From Tubulanus polymorphus (Eukaryota; Animalia; Nemertea): a stretch of 64,000 nt of DNA. The DNA lies in NCBI RefSeq assembly GCF_964204645.1, contig NC_134025.1, forward strand, positions 30,298,299-30,362,298, in the 5' to 3' direction. Made by a program: the position numbers and the translations under genes. The notes below the pieces were generated by a model, which saw only the letters and a list, made by a program, of their open reading frames with translations, had not been told where the DNA came from and did no database searches. Positions 43,601-56,800 of this stretch are shown here, one piece after another; the first letter of the stretch is position 1, and each line of letters opens with the position of its first letter.

Positions 43601-46600
43601 ATTCATTGATCTCTGGGATTATGTTCTCGTGGATTGTTAAAGCTGCAGATATTGCGGCCATTATTGATAAATATGAATCTGCTGTGTATGATTTTAGAGA
43701 ATTGTTGATCGATGATGTTAAGCCCCCGAAGGTTATTGAACTTTTCAACGTTTTTATTTACAAATACGTATATTCGTCAGAACCTGGTTATGCATTGAAA
43801 GTTTTTTCTGTGTGTTGAAAGTGAAGTTTTCAATACTTTGAGTTTACTGAGTTTGACTTCAGTCGCGAGTGAGCGTGATATAGGAGGATTAAGATTGCTT
43901 GGTGTAATCTAATTTCTGGTGATAAACTCTATTATCGCAGTCTGACGATCGGTCGATAGTTAAACATGAAAATTGGGTGTTTATACATATTTAAGATTGT
44001 CATCAGGTTACATCATTGTCATATTACAGTAGACTCCGCTAACCCCAGATCTTGAAGGACCAACACATTTCTATGCGAAGTCTTGGGCAGTTGAAGCAGG
44101 GATGGGTTGTTCTCGCAATGAATTCAGGAGAAAAAATTACTATATTACCTTAATTAATATTGTCATGAAATGATAGAATTGCCACATAGTTTCATCAGTT
44201 CATCAAGTGTTTATTTTATTATTACATGCTATGGGATTTATCTGGTAAAAAGGTACGATTTCTAAAGCCCCGCAATTAAACCATAAAATATGTTCTGAAC
44301 ATGATTGCAATAAAACCAAGCTGTGCACAGTTAAACATGATTTGAGAGGGAATTATTGAAGCTGTCATAAAGTTTTATAACTGTTAAAATTCTATTGGAT
44401 TTGGTTAATTGTGTTGTTGAATGATAGTTAGGTTGAACATGTTTGTGATGTTTGTGGTATGTATTATCAGTGTAATTGTCAGCACTTCACTGATAAAACA
44501 CTTACCCAACACCAGATTACATGCTGTTAAATCACTTCTTATGTCAACAGTAAATTTGTTTTCAGGTACTGATATCTTTGAAGAGTTGAAGTACCTTCAC
44601 TTTCTTACACCTGATGTATCGTTTTCTTACCTACTGTTATCATGTCATAAGGGTTGCAGCGTTACCTATTCTCTCTCTTTCCTCTCGATGTATTATCTGA
44701 TTCTATGTCAGTTTTTATATCATTACACGGGGAAGTATTTTCAGAACATACTCTTGATGTTCGTGTAGAATTTGTAACGATGTCGAGTACTTGTATTTGC
44801 CCCGCTATTGAAAGCTGTCATTCGTTAGTCCTAATATTTATGTTTTGGCAGGTGTGCCTGAGAAATGTAACTAATAATTAGTATACCTTCGAGGAGCAGA
44901 CATAGAACGAACTCATATCTCAGTACTTATGAAGATTATTTTATGCAACATAAATACCCGTTCACTGGATGCGTATGCGTATACCTAGAGTGTTAAGATT
45001 CTGAATACTAGGGGTTACATACACTAGTTCTAGTATCTCATGGGATCCTTTCAGTTTGTTCCAGTCAGTAGAGACTGAAGTTAAACTACAAAGTATCTGC
45101 TTGAGTGGATTAAGTGAAGTACAACTCCCGAGAGGTATGATATCTGCTAATAGTTTGTTCTCTATCTCTCTCTCCCTCTCCGTTGTTTGTGTATGGTCTT
45201 GTTAATTACTCCTAGCATGTGTAGAAGATATCCTTGCAGATCAGCAAAGCATAAACCCAGTAATCGATGATAGGAATTTTCAAGTTTCAGGTTAATTTGT
45301 AGGTTTTGGGATTGAAAAAAAAAACGGGCGAACGATTTTTCATGTTATTGAATAACAGTGATATTTGATGTATTGTGTATGAGTCAGGAGATGCTAGGTA
45401 CAGTCAGTCAGTGTTACTACATGATCATCAGACTGATTCATATTGATTAACATCAATTATATCATTTACGCAATCATAATTGTAAAGAATGAAGATGAAA
45501 GCTCTCTCCGACGAGGAGCTGCTATTTTACTGGGAGTGGTCTTCTCTTCGCGTTGCCCGATAAGATTGCCAATATCGTCGTAATATCTGAGCAAAATGAT
45601 GGGTAATTTTGGTCTCAAGGCTTGTTTATGTGCGCTACATTAAGATGCTATTAGTTTATTACTAGCTTTTCTCCTAAAAACAAGATATAATACATAGACA
45701 GGGGTGGACTAGGGTCTAAGAATGGCGGGAAGCACCAATTGAGACATAAATATTCCATGAATGACCTCCGATTGATGTAGGCTCTGTCACGTGTTTTATG
45801 ATGGATACTGAATTTGAAAATGGTTTAAAAATTCTAGGAATAGTTGTTAAAGAAGAGATATTGTTATGATTGTGCGATTTCTCAAAGCGGTTTGTCTTGT
45901 CACTGTGTTGTAGTGTAGTATTTGCCTGTGATGATATTGTATAAGCCTCTTATAAACAGGTGATGAGATTCATATTATTACACATAATACTCAGTGTTCA
46001 ACACTTCTATTTGCTGCTCACATTCTGCAGTATATATAAGTATGTATATATTTATATATTTAGAAGATAATTCTGTATATCCCATAAGATGTTCCTCATA
46101 TAGGTCTAGATATCCCATATCTCATCTACCGTGTCGTGTTGTGGATTAATTCTCAGAATTGTCAGTAAACTAGTGGTCAGTTTGATAGACCAGCTGTAAC
46201 CAGAGGGTCGACAGAGTGGTCATAGTCAAACCAAATCAAACTGTTTTAATGAATGGCAGTTTTTGCTTGTTGTGACTTTCAGCATTTTAATGAGTTGGTG
46301 GTTTCGGAGGTTGGGGGTCACACTTTCTAACACTAATTACGAACAGACTAAATCAATGTTGTGCATTAAATCAGCCGCTTTCACTGGTCCAGCTAGATGC
46401 AACATCACACACAAAGAAATGGTTCGTTCTGAAATTTGGAAAGGACCTGGATTGATCATTTCTGTCTGTCTAAATTGGTCCATTCAGAAATGACTGGAAC
46501 AGACTTAATTAAGAACGCAGTGTAGTGAACGTGGCTAGAGAACTATCTACAGGCATGTCCCAATGCCTGAGGTATGATGATTTCGATACTGGGTAATAGT

Positions 46601-47808
46601 AGAAACACTTATTATATGTTGTTATAAGAGAATGATTACTTTGCTGTACTTGACAATCTGTAGTTGACGTACACTTACTCATAGCATTTAGTGTCATTAC
46701 GTTTGTAAGGTTATCATATATTGAATTATGAAAGGAGGGATTCTATTACGATGGAACCTCGTTAAAACGACGAGTCTGAAAAAAACAATACGTTGCTCGG
46801 TCAAAGTTTTCCGACGTAGCAACGCAAACAATACCAACTGACAGCATAGCTACATAGTTCTTCTGTACGGAATAAACTGAAAATGTTGTTGACCCTAGAA
46901 GCGAAATAGCTTAAAATGAACTGGACTCTCGTCAATTTGTAGTGATTAACTGAAACCTAATACATTGACCTTCGTGATATGAGCTAAGATCATTGTATGA
47001 GCATTTATGATAAAAAAGACTCTTCATTCTGTAGCAGCATGCGTATCTCGTTATAATGATAGCACACGGGGTCTCTTCACTCGGAGACCCGCTGTGAAAG
47101 ACTTTCACTAAAGATGTCTTTAATCAGAGTGAAAAGAGTTTTTTCTGAGAGCTGATTTCTCATAGAACCGACGTGGTCTCTTTCACTAGTGCTACAAGAA
47201 GGTGATTATTGTTTGATAGTGGTTTTTCTTACATATTTAAGAATTTGTTTGAAGTTAAGAGTTTGTCACAGACGGTGCCGATATTCAGATATTCTGGTTA
47301 TGTCTCGGTTTTGTTCAAAGCTGTTTGATCAATTTCATCGATGACATTGTTTATACAATGTACATGTATATATTGCTATAATCTCCTATCTGTCGATTAT
47401 AGATTTTTCTCAAGAGTAAAAAGAGGCAATTTATGAAAAGGATAATGTGTCTGTATGCGTGTCACTCAGTATATATGTAGTTTATATCATTCGACTCAAT
47501 TATGAAGATGTTATGTTTCGATGAAGGACACACTAATCCGTAATTCCATTGCCGAGAGTTTTGAAGTGGTCATGTAGGAGATTTTAAGGAACGATGCTAT
47601 ATGGGATTACTTTGCATCAGTATGCTGCGGCTCAAATAAAGAAGTTTCGATTAATCCGTTCTTCAAATAAATGGTGTAAGCTGTGGCTAGTGAGTAAGCC
47701 ACCATCATCGCTACATCAGTACATGTTACTGCTACGATTCACTAATAGTTTATGGCATCTTTTGAGATGAAGATTTATTTCTAGAAAATACAGGAATGAT
47801 GTAGCACT

Positions 47809-48060
47809 CTGTCTCCCTTCTCCCTGTCCCCCTCCATCCCCCTCTCCCTGCCTCCCTCTCACTGTCCCCCTCTCCCTGCCTCCCTCTCACTGGTTCCCTC
47901 TCCCTGCCTCCCTCTCCCTGTCTCTCCTCTCTCCCTGCCTCCCTCTCACCGTCTCCCTCTCCCTGTCTCCCTCTCCCTGTCTCCCTCTCCCTGCCTCCCT
48001 CTCCCTGTCTCTCCTCTCTCTCTCTCTGCCTCCCATATCTAACTCTCAACCTCCCTCTCA
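47809..48060. repeat. Pyrimidine-rich minisatellite (unit about CTCTCCCTGYCTCC)
   Basis: Tandem copies are directly visible. Confidence 0.9.
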
Positions 48061-50106
48061 TACTTACTGATTGATAATTAGATTTCCGTATATGATTGAA
48101 TTTTTGACCTGGCAGTGAACTATTTTCAATTCAATGACTCTCTATTGCAAAAATCTGATTTGATTTATCGGTGATGTGAAGTAAGTAGCCCGTAGGTTTT
48201 TGAGCCCGCGTCGCCCCTAGAGAAATTGCTTCCTTTCTTACATTTGTTCCGCTGTGATTTCATTTGTATTCTGTCCGTAAACTCAATTTTCGTTCGTTTT
48301 TAGAACGTGAATATTGCGAAGGGATTTCGAGCACAATGAAAATCTCCTGCAGCTGTACCCTGCGTTACCGTTCAAATGTGTCACTCATTTCAATATTGTG
48401 TCATATTCTCGGTTTATTTGGTGAATTGTAAAATTGGATATTGGAATACCGATCGTGTCTCTTGCTCTATAATATATCCTTCGTTTGACATTTGAAAATC
48501 AGTGGCGTTATTGATAGCTGAATATGTTTCTGATGCTGTATAAGTTTTCCCTTTGGTGTTCGTGGTAATCGAAAGAAATCAAAGAGCAGCTTCGGGTCTC
48601 GCGCAGAACCATTAGATGGAGAAAATAATTTACTAGTTCTGTTGACTTGAAATATTTGCTTGAGACTTTTTTCATACGAGTGTCTTTGAGTGGAATATAA
48701 TTACTTTGTGTTGTTAATATGGAATATTGAGCTAACAGTAATAAACTGCACCAGGCAAATATGACTGCGTAGTAATCGATCTGTTTGGCCCAGGACCAGG
48801 AATTCTGGCAAAAACTACATATAACTTTTTTTCATTCCGTTATGTTCAATTTTTCCAAAAAAAGATTTTGAATATACTTGCGTCTTGTACTTATTGATCT
48901 AAATATTTGTAAAAGCTCAGTTTTCTCAGTTTCTTTCATCAAACACAATTTTCACTGTTTAAAATTTTTCTCTGCTCTTCTTCCAACATTTGATGTAGAA
49001 AATATTTGAAAAAATAAATAAAAGGAGTCTATAAAAAAGGATTTTATTTTTTCCCCTGTTTCCATCCATTTCAAAACGCCTGTGATAGGAAAGAATTGTT
49101 TTCATTTTTTTCCTTTTGCCCTTAACTAAAAAAACCTGGTGCTCCAAATAATTAAAGAAAGTCCTTAGCGGGATAACTCGAACCTCTGAGTATAACTGCT
49201 TTTATAATCGAGGCTAATCTAACTGGAACTTCAATTTCTCCGTGGTTTTCGCCCGGAGATATTTTTCTAATAACCTCCCATTCAGCGGGGACTTGAAAAA
49301 TCAGATTTCCCAGAACGCAGCGAACTGTGGATCGTTCAGTTTTTCAGCTGTTCGTCATTTCTCAAAGACATTCGTTGTATTTTTTCTTGAAATCTGATTC
49401 GCATATAATTTTATTTATGTTATCATCAGCCGTCCTTCCTTAACCTTTTAATAAAAATATCGCTGTTGATTTTTGCTGCGTCAAACATGAAATGTAATTG
49501 AGCCTGTGGAGAGTTTGTCTAATTCTGCGTGAAATGAAATTCTTGGCCGTGAGCGATGTTTCGAGCTGTGTTGAAATATTAATTTCTACCGACTACGAAC
49601 AGACTACAACTCTCCAATTGCTCACGCTATACTACATTTAGTCATGTTGTATTTATTAACTATGACGCCAGTCGTCCCTGAACATTTATAATATTTCCGG
49701 AGAAGTTCTCGCTTTCTCAAAAATGAAATGCATTGAATTAGAAGAAAACTTTATCCAGCTCCACAGTTATCGATTAATATTTGGCTGTAGGGTTTAAACA
49801 TTGAAAATGAACTAACTCTAACTCTAGGGTCCGTAAGCGTAAAGATAAACAGTACTTTGAAGGTTGCCTTGATTTTGTTAAGCTTGTGCTTTTGATAAAA
49901 TCAAGGTAACCTTCAAAGTAATATATGTCTTTGACATCAGGACCCGGAGGGGGGAATGGGGTGATTCATGATTCAAAATGATTCATCTTCAATTAGTAGG
50001 TTAACATGGCTCCTCCTAAACATAACTCTAGGGTCAAACTGAACCTGTGACTATTGTGGAACTGGACCCAGCTCCTAATCCATTTATATTGGAGTTCAAT
50101 TTTCTA

Positions 50107-50109
<3 letters not shown>

Positions 50110-50144
<35 letters not shown>

Positions 50145-50165
50145 GCCGCCGCCGCCGCTGCTGCT
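50110..50165. repeat. (CTG)n/(CCG)n compound trinucleotide repeat
   Basis: Directly visible. Confidence 0.9.
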
Positions 50166-52828
50166 TATTGGTGAAATTCTGATTGAAAAATAAAACATCT
50201 CAAGGCTATTTCATAAATATCACATGTACCACATGTTATATGTATGATTATCACATGTCATATGCAGCAGTGTTACACATGTACATGTCGAGTGTAGAAG
50301 CTCTGGTTGTTATAACCACAAACTTGACTTTCACAAATTTCACTCTAATCTATCGTTCACTTCTAGCTTCGCATCCATTTGCGCTAACGTCGTGATTGAT
50401 GGATTGATTTTTGATGCATCTTGAAATGTTTTTTTCGCTGCGCTGAATTCTCATAGTTATTCGCAATATTAATGTCTGATTCAGATTGCGCCGACACTTG
50501 AAGTAATATTAAATTGAATAAGTTGATGATGAATTACTGTCAAACATCGACTGATATTCACTGTGTATTCAATGTTTACCTACAGATATTGACTGCACCA
50601 CTGTTGTTGTCACTGTCTTATATTTTCTTAAAGTAACAATCAATCCTCACAGATATTCAGCTCGTCCCCCTCTCGACTCTATATCCTCGCAGCCTCTCTG
50701 TCCAATCCTCCCCTTCATCTCCCCCATACCACGCATCTGATCTTTACATTCATCACACGATTGCTTTTACAAATTGGCCTCGTGGTTAGTTGACCGCGTC
50801 TCTGAAGGCTGGTCTAGTCAAACCAGTCATGTTGCGTCGGTGGTGAATATTTGTTTCCCCGATGCTGTATTGATCCGGTGACCATATTGCCTTTGTTCTC
50901 TATATGATAGCTCGTAGGTTCTGGCTTTGACATCGCGGACCGCGTATCGATAAATTCTATATTGCATTTGCCTCCGATTCTCTACGTTATTACTTTATGA
51001 TAAACGGTTATGGCTATCGTTTCTTTTATTCCGAATCACTGTAACAGGACGCAGGCGGGAGGTGCCGAACATCGACAAGGAAATGTCTACAAAATGGCTT
51101 ATTTTTTCAATTCCCTACAAGAGGTGCGATCTTCCCTTTGGTGCCAAGTCGGTCTGTGTCTGTTCAGCCTGACCAAAAACCTTGGACCAGGCTTGGGCCT
51201 AATTTTAGTACAAGTCAAATTATTTCATGTGAATGCTAACTCATTAGCAACAGCATCATTTTTATAGCATTTTAGTAACAAGTTAGTGATGAATGCGACC
51301 TCTAATTAGGCATAAAGCAAGTTTGACTGAGTTCCGTACGCGTGGTCTGGCCCGTACGTGTGGTCTGGTCCATACTTGTGGTCTGGCCGGTATGCGTGTT
51401 CTGGTCCGTAGTGTTCTGGTCCGCACGCGATCACGGCGAACATTTTTCCCATCTCATCTATTTTCTGTTTCCTCGACAGAATATCCCGTTATCAGTTTAT
51501 TTTTATACGACTAATTTTTCGATAATTCATGATTGATAATTTGTCTACACGGTTCTATAGAATGTTTTAAAAGGTATCGACGAGAGACATTTTACTAATG
51601 GATTTCTATTGTTAGCCGCTGCGTAACAGGGGTCTCCCGGCATCTCATCCTCGGATTATTTTTAAAGGTCATCTTTTTGTACTTCCTTATTATATTATGA
51701 ATCTCGATTCATGTCATTAACTCTTTCACTTCTTACTCAGTTTCATTGATAAACGTGGAATCTCATCTGATGTATAACAAACACTCACACTATTGGACCA
51801 GCTTCACACTAGCATAAAGTCAGTTCTTGATTTGTCTATTTCATGTTAGAATGTTCCAATTTAGACGGACCAAAAAGACCGATCTAGATTTTAGAACCGA
51901 CCATTTCTATGTGAGTGGATAGTAACTTTGTAAACTGCGTCTATCGGATCCAACTGATTTAAAAACTTGATTTGTCCCATTATTAGAATAAGACCGGACT
52001 TATTACTAGCATTGTAATAGTGTGAATACAGCGTATTTCATCCCTAGTGAGGTTTTGTGCTTTTAATGTTGTTAATTTAAACAGAAACCATTGAATTATG
52101 ATTGCAGTATTCAACCTAATATTGACTCAATCTCTACAATGTGTTTACAGTTCACAAATCAAAATATTTGACTAATAACGAAATTGAAAGTTTCGCGGCA
52201 GCAGAAATCAAACGAACTCTTGACTGGGTCGGGGGGGGGGGGGTTGGGAGGGTGGTTGGAAGGAACATTTATAATACAGACAAGTCCTACAGTTCAAAAA
52301 GAAAATTATTTATCTCAACTATATCCTAATAGTAATCTTCAGGAATAGTGAATATGACTATCTGGATATAGTCGAAATGTTGAATACGACACTAGCTCAA
52401 GGACACATTTTTTACTCTTTTTCCTTTTCTTGTATGATTGGATTTGACTGTATTATTATATATCACCGCAGACTCGGAATGTTTCATCAAGAAGTAATAC
52501 TTATGTAGTATGTAAATGTATTACTCAATACTGTGTTCATGTATGCGGAACTAAATCAATTTGACTACAGCTGATATTCTCTCTTCTCTCTACTCTCCCT
52601 CTTACTGCTCGTATAGTTTTGACAAAGGTTTAATTCCCGGGGGTTATTTCCGATGACCGACCGCTACCCGGGGCGGGGGCAGCAGTCAATAGAATCTGAT
52701 CGTAATGAATCAGATGAACGAATCTCGTAGATGGAATCTGAAAATTAGCGACCACTACTGAACCCCGATCTGTAATTAACCTATTCCGGTAATGGACTAA
52801 TATTTGGTTTTGTTGGTGTATTTTTCAG

Positions 52829-52913
52829 AAAATGTGCAATGTGATGCACATGTGGATAGAATGGCTACTACTGCAGTTATTATTGCTGCAAGGAGAAGTA
52901 CTACTGAGCAATG
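52829..52913 (+). CDS. Probable first coding exon of an unidentified secreted or membrane protein (signal peptide)
   Basis: TTTTTCAG acceptor, AAAATG start at 52832, peptide MCNVMHMWIEWLLLQLLLLQGEVLLSN(G), then a phase-1 donor G|GTATGT. I found no next exon within the window. Confidence 0.5.
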
Positions 52914-53094
52914 GTATGTATATCACCCCAACCTGACTGACTACCGCTACTATTCAGCAGAGAGTTGTAATTGCTATTCTTAATGTTTGATTACTCGAAC
53001 ATGAATATTGAGAAAAAAACTAGGAAGCAAAATATTCTTTAGTTCGTTCACATTTAAATCACTTTGAATCGATGTCATATTTTGGTGTAAACTG

Positions 53095-53242
53095 CAGTAA
53101 AACCTCTTTACAACGAACTTCAGGGCCCCAGAAAATCTGTTTGTTACGTTCATTGTGTCCACGGTATGAAATTATTAGAATTGTCCAATTTGGGATGAAA
53201 TTCTAGGTTTGTATGTGCGGTTGTTATAGCGAGGATTCACTG
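53095..53242. mobile_element. pogo/Tigger-like MITE
   Basis: CAGTAAAACCTCTTTACAAC...GTTATAGCGAGGATTCACTG-TA; related to the 21434 copy. Confidence 0.6.
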
Positions 53243-54786
53243 TATAAAGGTAGATAGATACACTAGAGGTAGTCAGGTCAGCCCTTATGCTATTTTTGTT
53301 GACATTTGTATTTCAGAATATTTCAACAATAAATCGTCCCACCAAATGTTACCCGGTCTCCGCGTGTCCTGATTAACCAGAATTTATTACCGGTTCACAG
53401 GATTTTCATATTCCGAAATTAATCATATTTATTTTGAATGATCCTCGGTGTCAACACAAAAATTGGAAATGATTTAATAATAGCGTTGTGTCGTGTAATA
53501 CGTGTGTGTACAGCTACCGAGGCTGATCATCGGAAATCCTGTTGATTTGCAGCTGTAAAATCCAAAGCACCTGTTCAGCTGTTAAGTATATATATGTACA
53601 TCTACTATGAAATATATTACATAGAGATGCCAAAAAATGCTGTGAGAGGTCGATCTGCGATGCCTACCATTCGTTCTCTGATACAAACACTATGTTATAA
53701 GCTGGTTGGGGTTTTCGTGAAGCGTGATATAAGATAGATTTCATTCTTCAATAAAACAAACAAATAAAACGAAAAACAAATAATTTATATTCACCAAGAA
53801 AAAGCTGAAAAATCGATTTTTGCGATTGATGAAACGTAAGTTTTCAACGGATCGATTAAAGACAATTAAAAACATCCGGGATAAACGCCATCAACAGAAT
53901 GGACGACAGTTGCTATAGTAACGGTTTGGCCGGTTTGTAAACGGAATGAATTGTTAACGTTTTAATCGGAGGAGTTAACGTGATCGTGATCGATCGTGAT
54001 TGGTCGAGATATTTCACTCCACAGAATTCGTAGGGTTTCAGTGAATCTGTGGAACTCGTACCGAAATCAACTTCATTCAGTCAGTTTAGATTTCAATTTA
54101 TTTGGAAAATAAGTGCATAACTAGTGAATGACTGAGAAGGCTTTCTTATTGGGGTCGAGTAAAAGCCATAAGGCTGCTACTGCAAACAAGAGATGAGATC
54201 ATATGAAAGAAACAAGAGTAAAACAAAAAATGAGTTAAAAGATAAAGAAAAAGAAAAAGTGGTTGATGTTACAAATAATTCGATGCGGAATTTATGTCAG
54301 CTGTAACTAGAGCCAAAAACATGAAAGCATTATGTAGTATGTCATGTGTATAGCTACATCTAAAGTTGCTTTATTTCTTTCCCTACTTAATGAACACTCG
54401 TTCAATTTGCTGTCCTCGTAATCTTAGATCGTTCTTTATTTCATCAGTAAAGAACTGATTTCATTAGTATTCATATCTATTGTTTCGGTTGTGTTAATTA
54501 TGTTTCTGTAATTAGTCGTGTGTATGTAATTAGTCATATGGATCCAGTGATTGGAAACTATCGCTAATGCATTTCACGGTGTAGATGAAGGGTGTAAGCG
54601 ATTGCGTTCTGGTGCCGTGTAAATGAGCCGATAGATAATCTGCTTAAGAGATAACTTTTCCAATTAGCGGATTACCGCAGATAGTTTATTGTGTTTGAGA
54701 GTATGTTATACGGACTATCGCTGCTGGTTTAATGGTTCTATAGAACCAATCTGCGATATTGGTTTTCGGCGTAAGTCGTATATATT

Positions 54787-55090
54787 AGCCGTGTTCACGC
54801 TGTCTCTATTGCTAACGTTTGTTTGTTCTTTATTTGAATCGTACCTGGAATGGACCAAATCAATGCTGGGCATTTAAGTCCGCCGATATCACTGGTCCGC
54901 CTAGATGCAATATTGTGATTGACAGGCAATTCAAACACAATTTAGAACAGTTTTGGATCGGTCCTTTTTGTCTGTCTAAATTGATCTATAAATTGGAACA
55001 GGCCAATTCAGAATGAACGTTTTACTGTTGTGATTGCTTGGTCCGTGCTAAATTGGACCGGATTAAATTTGGAACATTCTAAACTATTGT
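54787..55090 (+). mobile_element. Dispersed ~300-bp non-autonomous repeat family, one of about five copies
   Basis: The core TCACTGGTCC(A/G)(G/C)CTAGA(T/C)GC is shared with ~46320-46500 and inverted at ~59030-59360. Related diverged copies lie at ~51800-52033 and ~63510-63790, with GTTCACAC/GTGTGAA-type ends. Confidence 0.65.
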
Positions 55091-55663
55091 AATTGGGATA
55101 GAATTTTCATGAAAACTCGAGGAATGAAGGAACTGTGGGGAATGTGGAATGTGGGAACTGTAGGGAATGTGGAATGTAGTATGAACGATACTATAGAACT
55201 AATCTCTGATATTGGTTATTGATGTTAGTTGTATATACTCCTCCGATGTCTGTCTCTGCGTCTGTCTGTAATCTCGTTGTTATTGGATATCGGAAAAACT
55301 GCGGCCGTTTTTTTTTTGTGCACGAAGGGTTTTTTAAAATGGACGAGTGACGCTGGACGGCACCGCACGGCGACGATGGACGCGGCGCTAATTTCTCGGT
55401 TGATGAAACCAGCGACACCGATCTTTATGAGAGCAGTTTCTTTTGAATCGGCGACATGTATCAATGAAAGTCTGAGCGAAATTGTTCGTTTTATCCCCGA
55501 TGGTTATTACTGAGAATATTCACAATTATTACGAGTTCCTGGTCATCATTATCCGTGACCGGAAATCTTTCAATTCAGAGTCAAATATTGATTGAATATC
55601 TTAGAAATACGGTTTAGAATATTGGGGTAGGGGAAGGGTCTCGTAATGTTGCATATGAAAGCC

Positions 55664-56090
55664 CCATCTCACTTGCCCCATCTTGGTTGCCTTATCTCAT
55701 TTCATTTGTCCCATCTCATCTCACTTGCCCCATCTCATATCATTGGCCCTATCTCATCTCATTGGCCCCATCTCATCTCATTGGCCCCATCTCATCTCAC
55801 TAGCCCTATCTCATCTTAATGGCCCTATCTCATCTCAATTGCCCTGTCTCATCTCATTGGCCCTATCTCATCTCAATGGCCCTATGTCATCCCATTGGCC
55901 CTTTCTCATCTCAATGGCCCTATCTCATCTCATTGGCCCCATCTCATCTCACTTGCCCTATCTCATCTCAATGGCCCTATCTCGTCTCATTGCCCCTATC
56001 TCATCTCAATGGCCCTATCTCGTCTCATTGCCCTATCTCATCTCAATGGCCCTATCTCATCTCATTGCCCCTATCTCATCTCACTTGCCC
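55664..56090. repeat. Minisatellite, 18-19-bp unit GCCCTATCTCATCTCA(T/A)TG
   Basis: More than 20 tandem copies are directly visible. Confidence 0.95.
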
Positions 56091-56632
56091 TTGTGTATTA
56101 TATCTCTGATGATGATAATTCCACTGGTGTCAGAATCCTATTATGATGGATCAGCAGCGTTAGGCCCGATTCGGATCAAAGATTATTGCCTCAATTTCAC
56201 GGGTTTCGTCCGTGTCCATTTCCTGGTTGACTTCTGTCAGAAAATAATTGGATATATTTGACAGCGATTAACAATGTTTGATATTGAAGTAATATCGCAG
56301 CAGCAGCAGCAGCAGCAGCTGTGTGAGAATAGGAGAGATGATACTTGGTTACTCGATGCTACGCTCTGAATATCTCACAATTTTCATTAGATATCGCAAT
56401 CACTGATATCAATATCGCACGATTAAATACCATCATTTTCTAGCGCGAAATGAGAACATTTTATATTAGCAGATTTATTTTGAAGCATCTTCCCCCAGTT
56501 CTGTAGTCTCTGAGTTAAGGTTTTTATCCTAGTTTACCTCATAACTTTTGAACCGCGCCCTGGAAGTATGTCTATATATGATATTTCCTTATATATTTCG
56601 GATATTCTAGGTTTTGGGTAAGCAGAAAACAG

Positions 56633-56800
56633 GGGTCCAATTTCAGAGACTGGCTTTAGAGTTTCATGATTATTGCGTTATTATGTCTATTGAGTGTGAA
56701 AATGGCCCCCAGGACGCAGTTCCACAGTTCAGAGTTCCTGTTATTAGAAATGAACTAATTAAACCCCAGATTAGATCAAGAACTTTAGAACGTGAGCCAG
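56633..56800. mobile_element. Tandem Harbinger-like MITEs joined by CAG
   Basis: CAG-GGGTCCAATTTCA...TGAAAATGGCCCC-CAG-GACGCAGTTCCACAG...GAACGTGAGC-CAG. Confidence 0.55.

Noticed and set aside
42414-44881. Hydrophobic 70-135-aa ORFs
   Set aside because: T-rich non-coding sequence with no motifs or consistent splice structure.
47750-48061. 103-aa Arg/Glu/Gly-rich ORF
   Set aside because: It is a translation of the pyrimidine-rich minisatellite.
55683-56261. 192-aa repetitive ORF and overlapping frames
   Set aside because: The minisatellite unit lacks stop codons in all three plus-strand frames; there is no splice or homology support.
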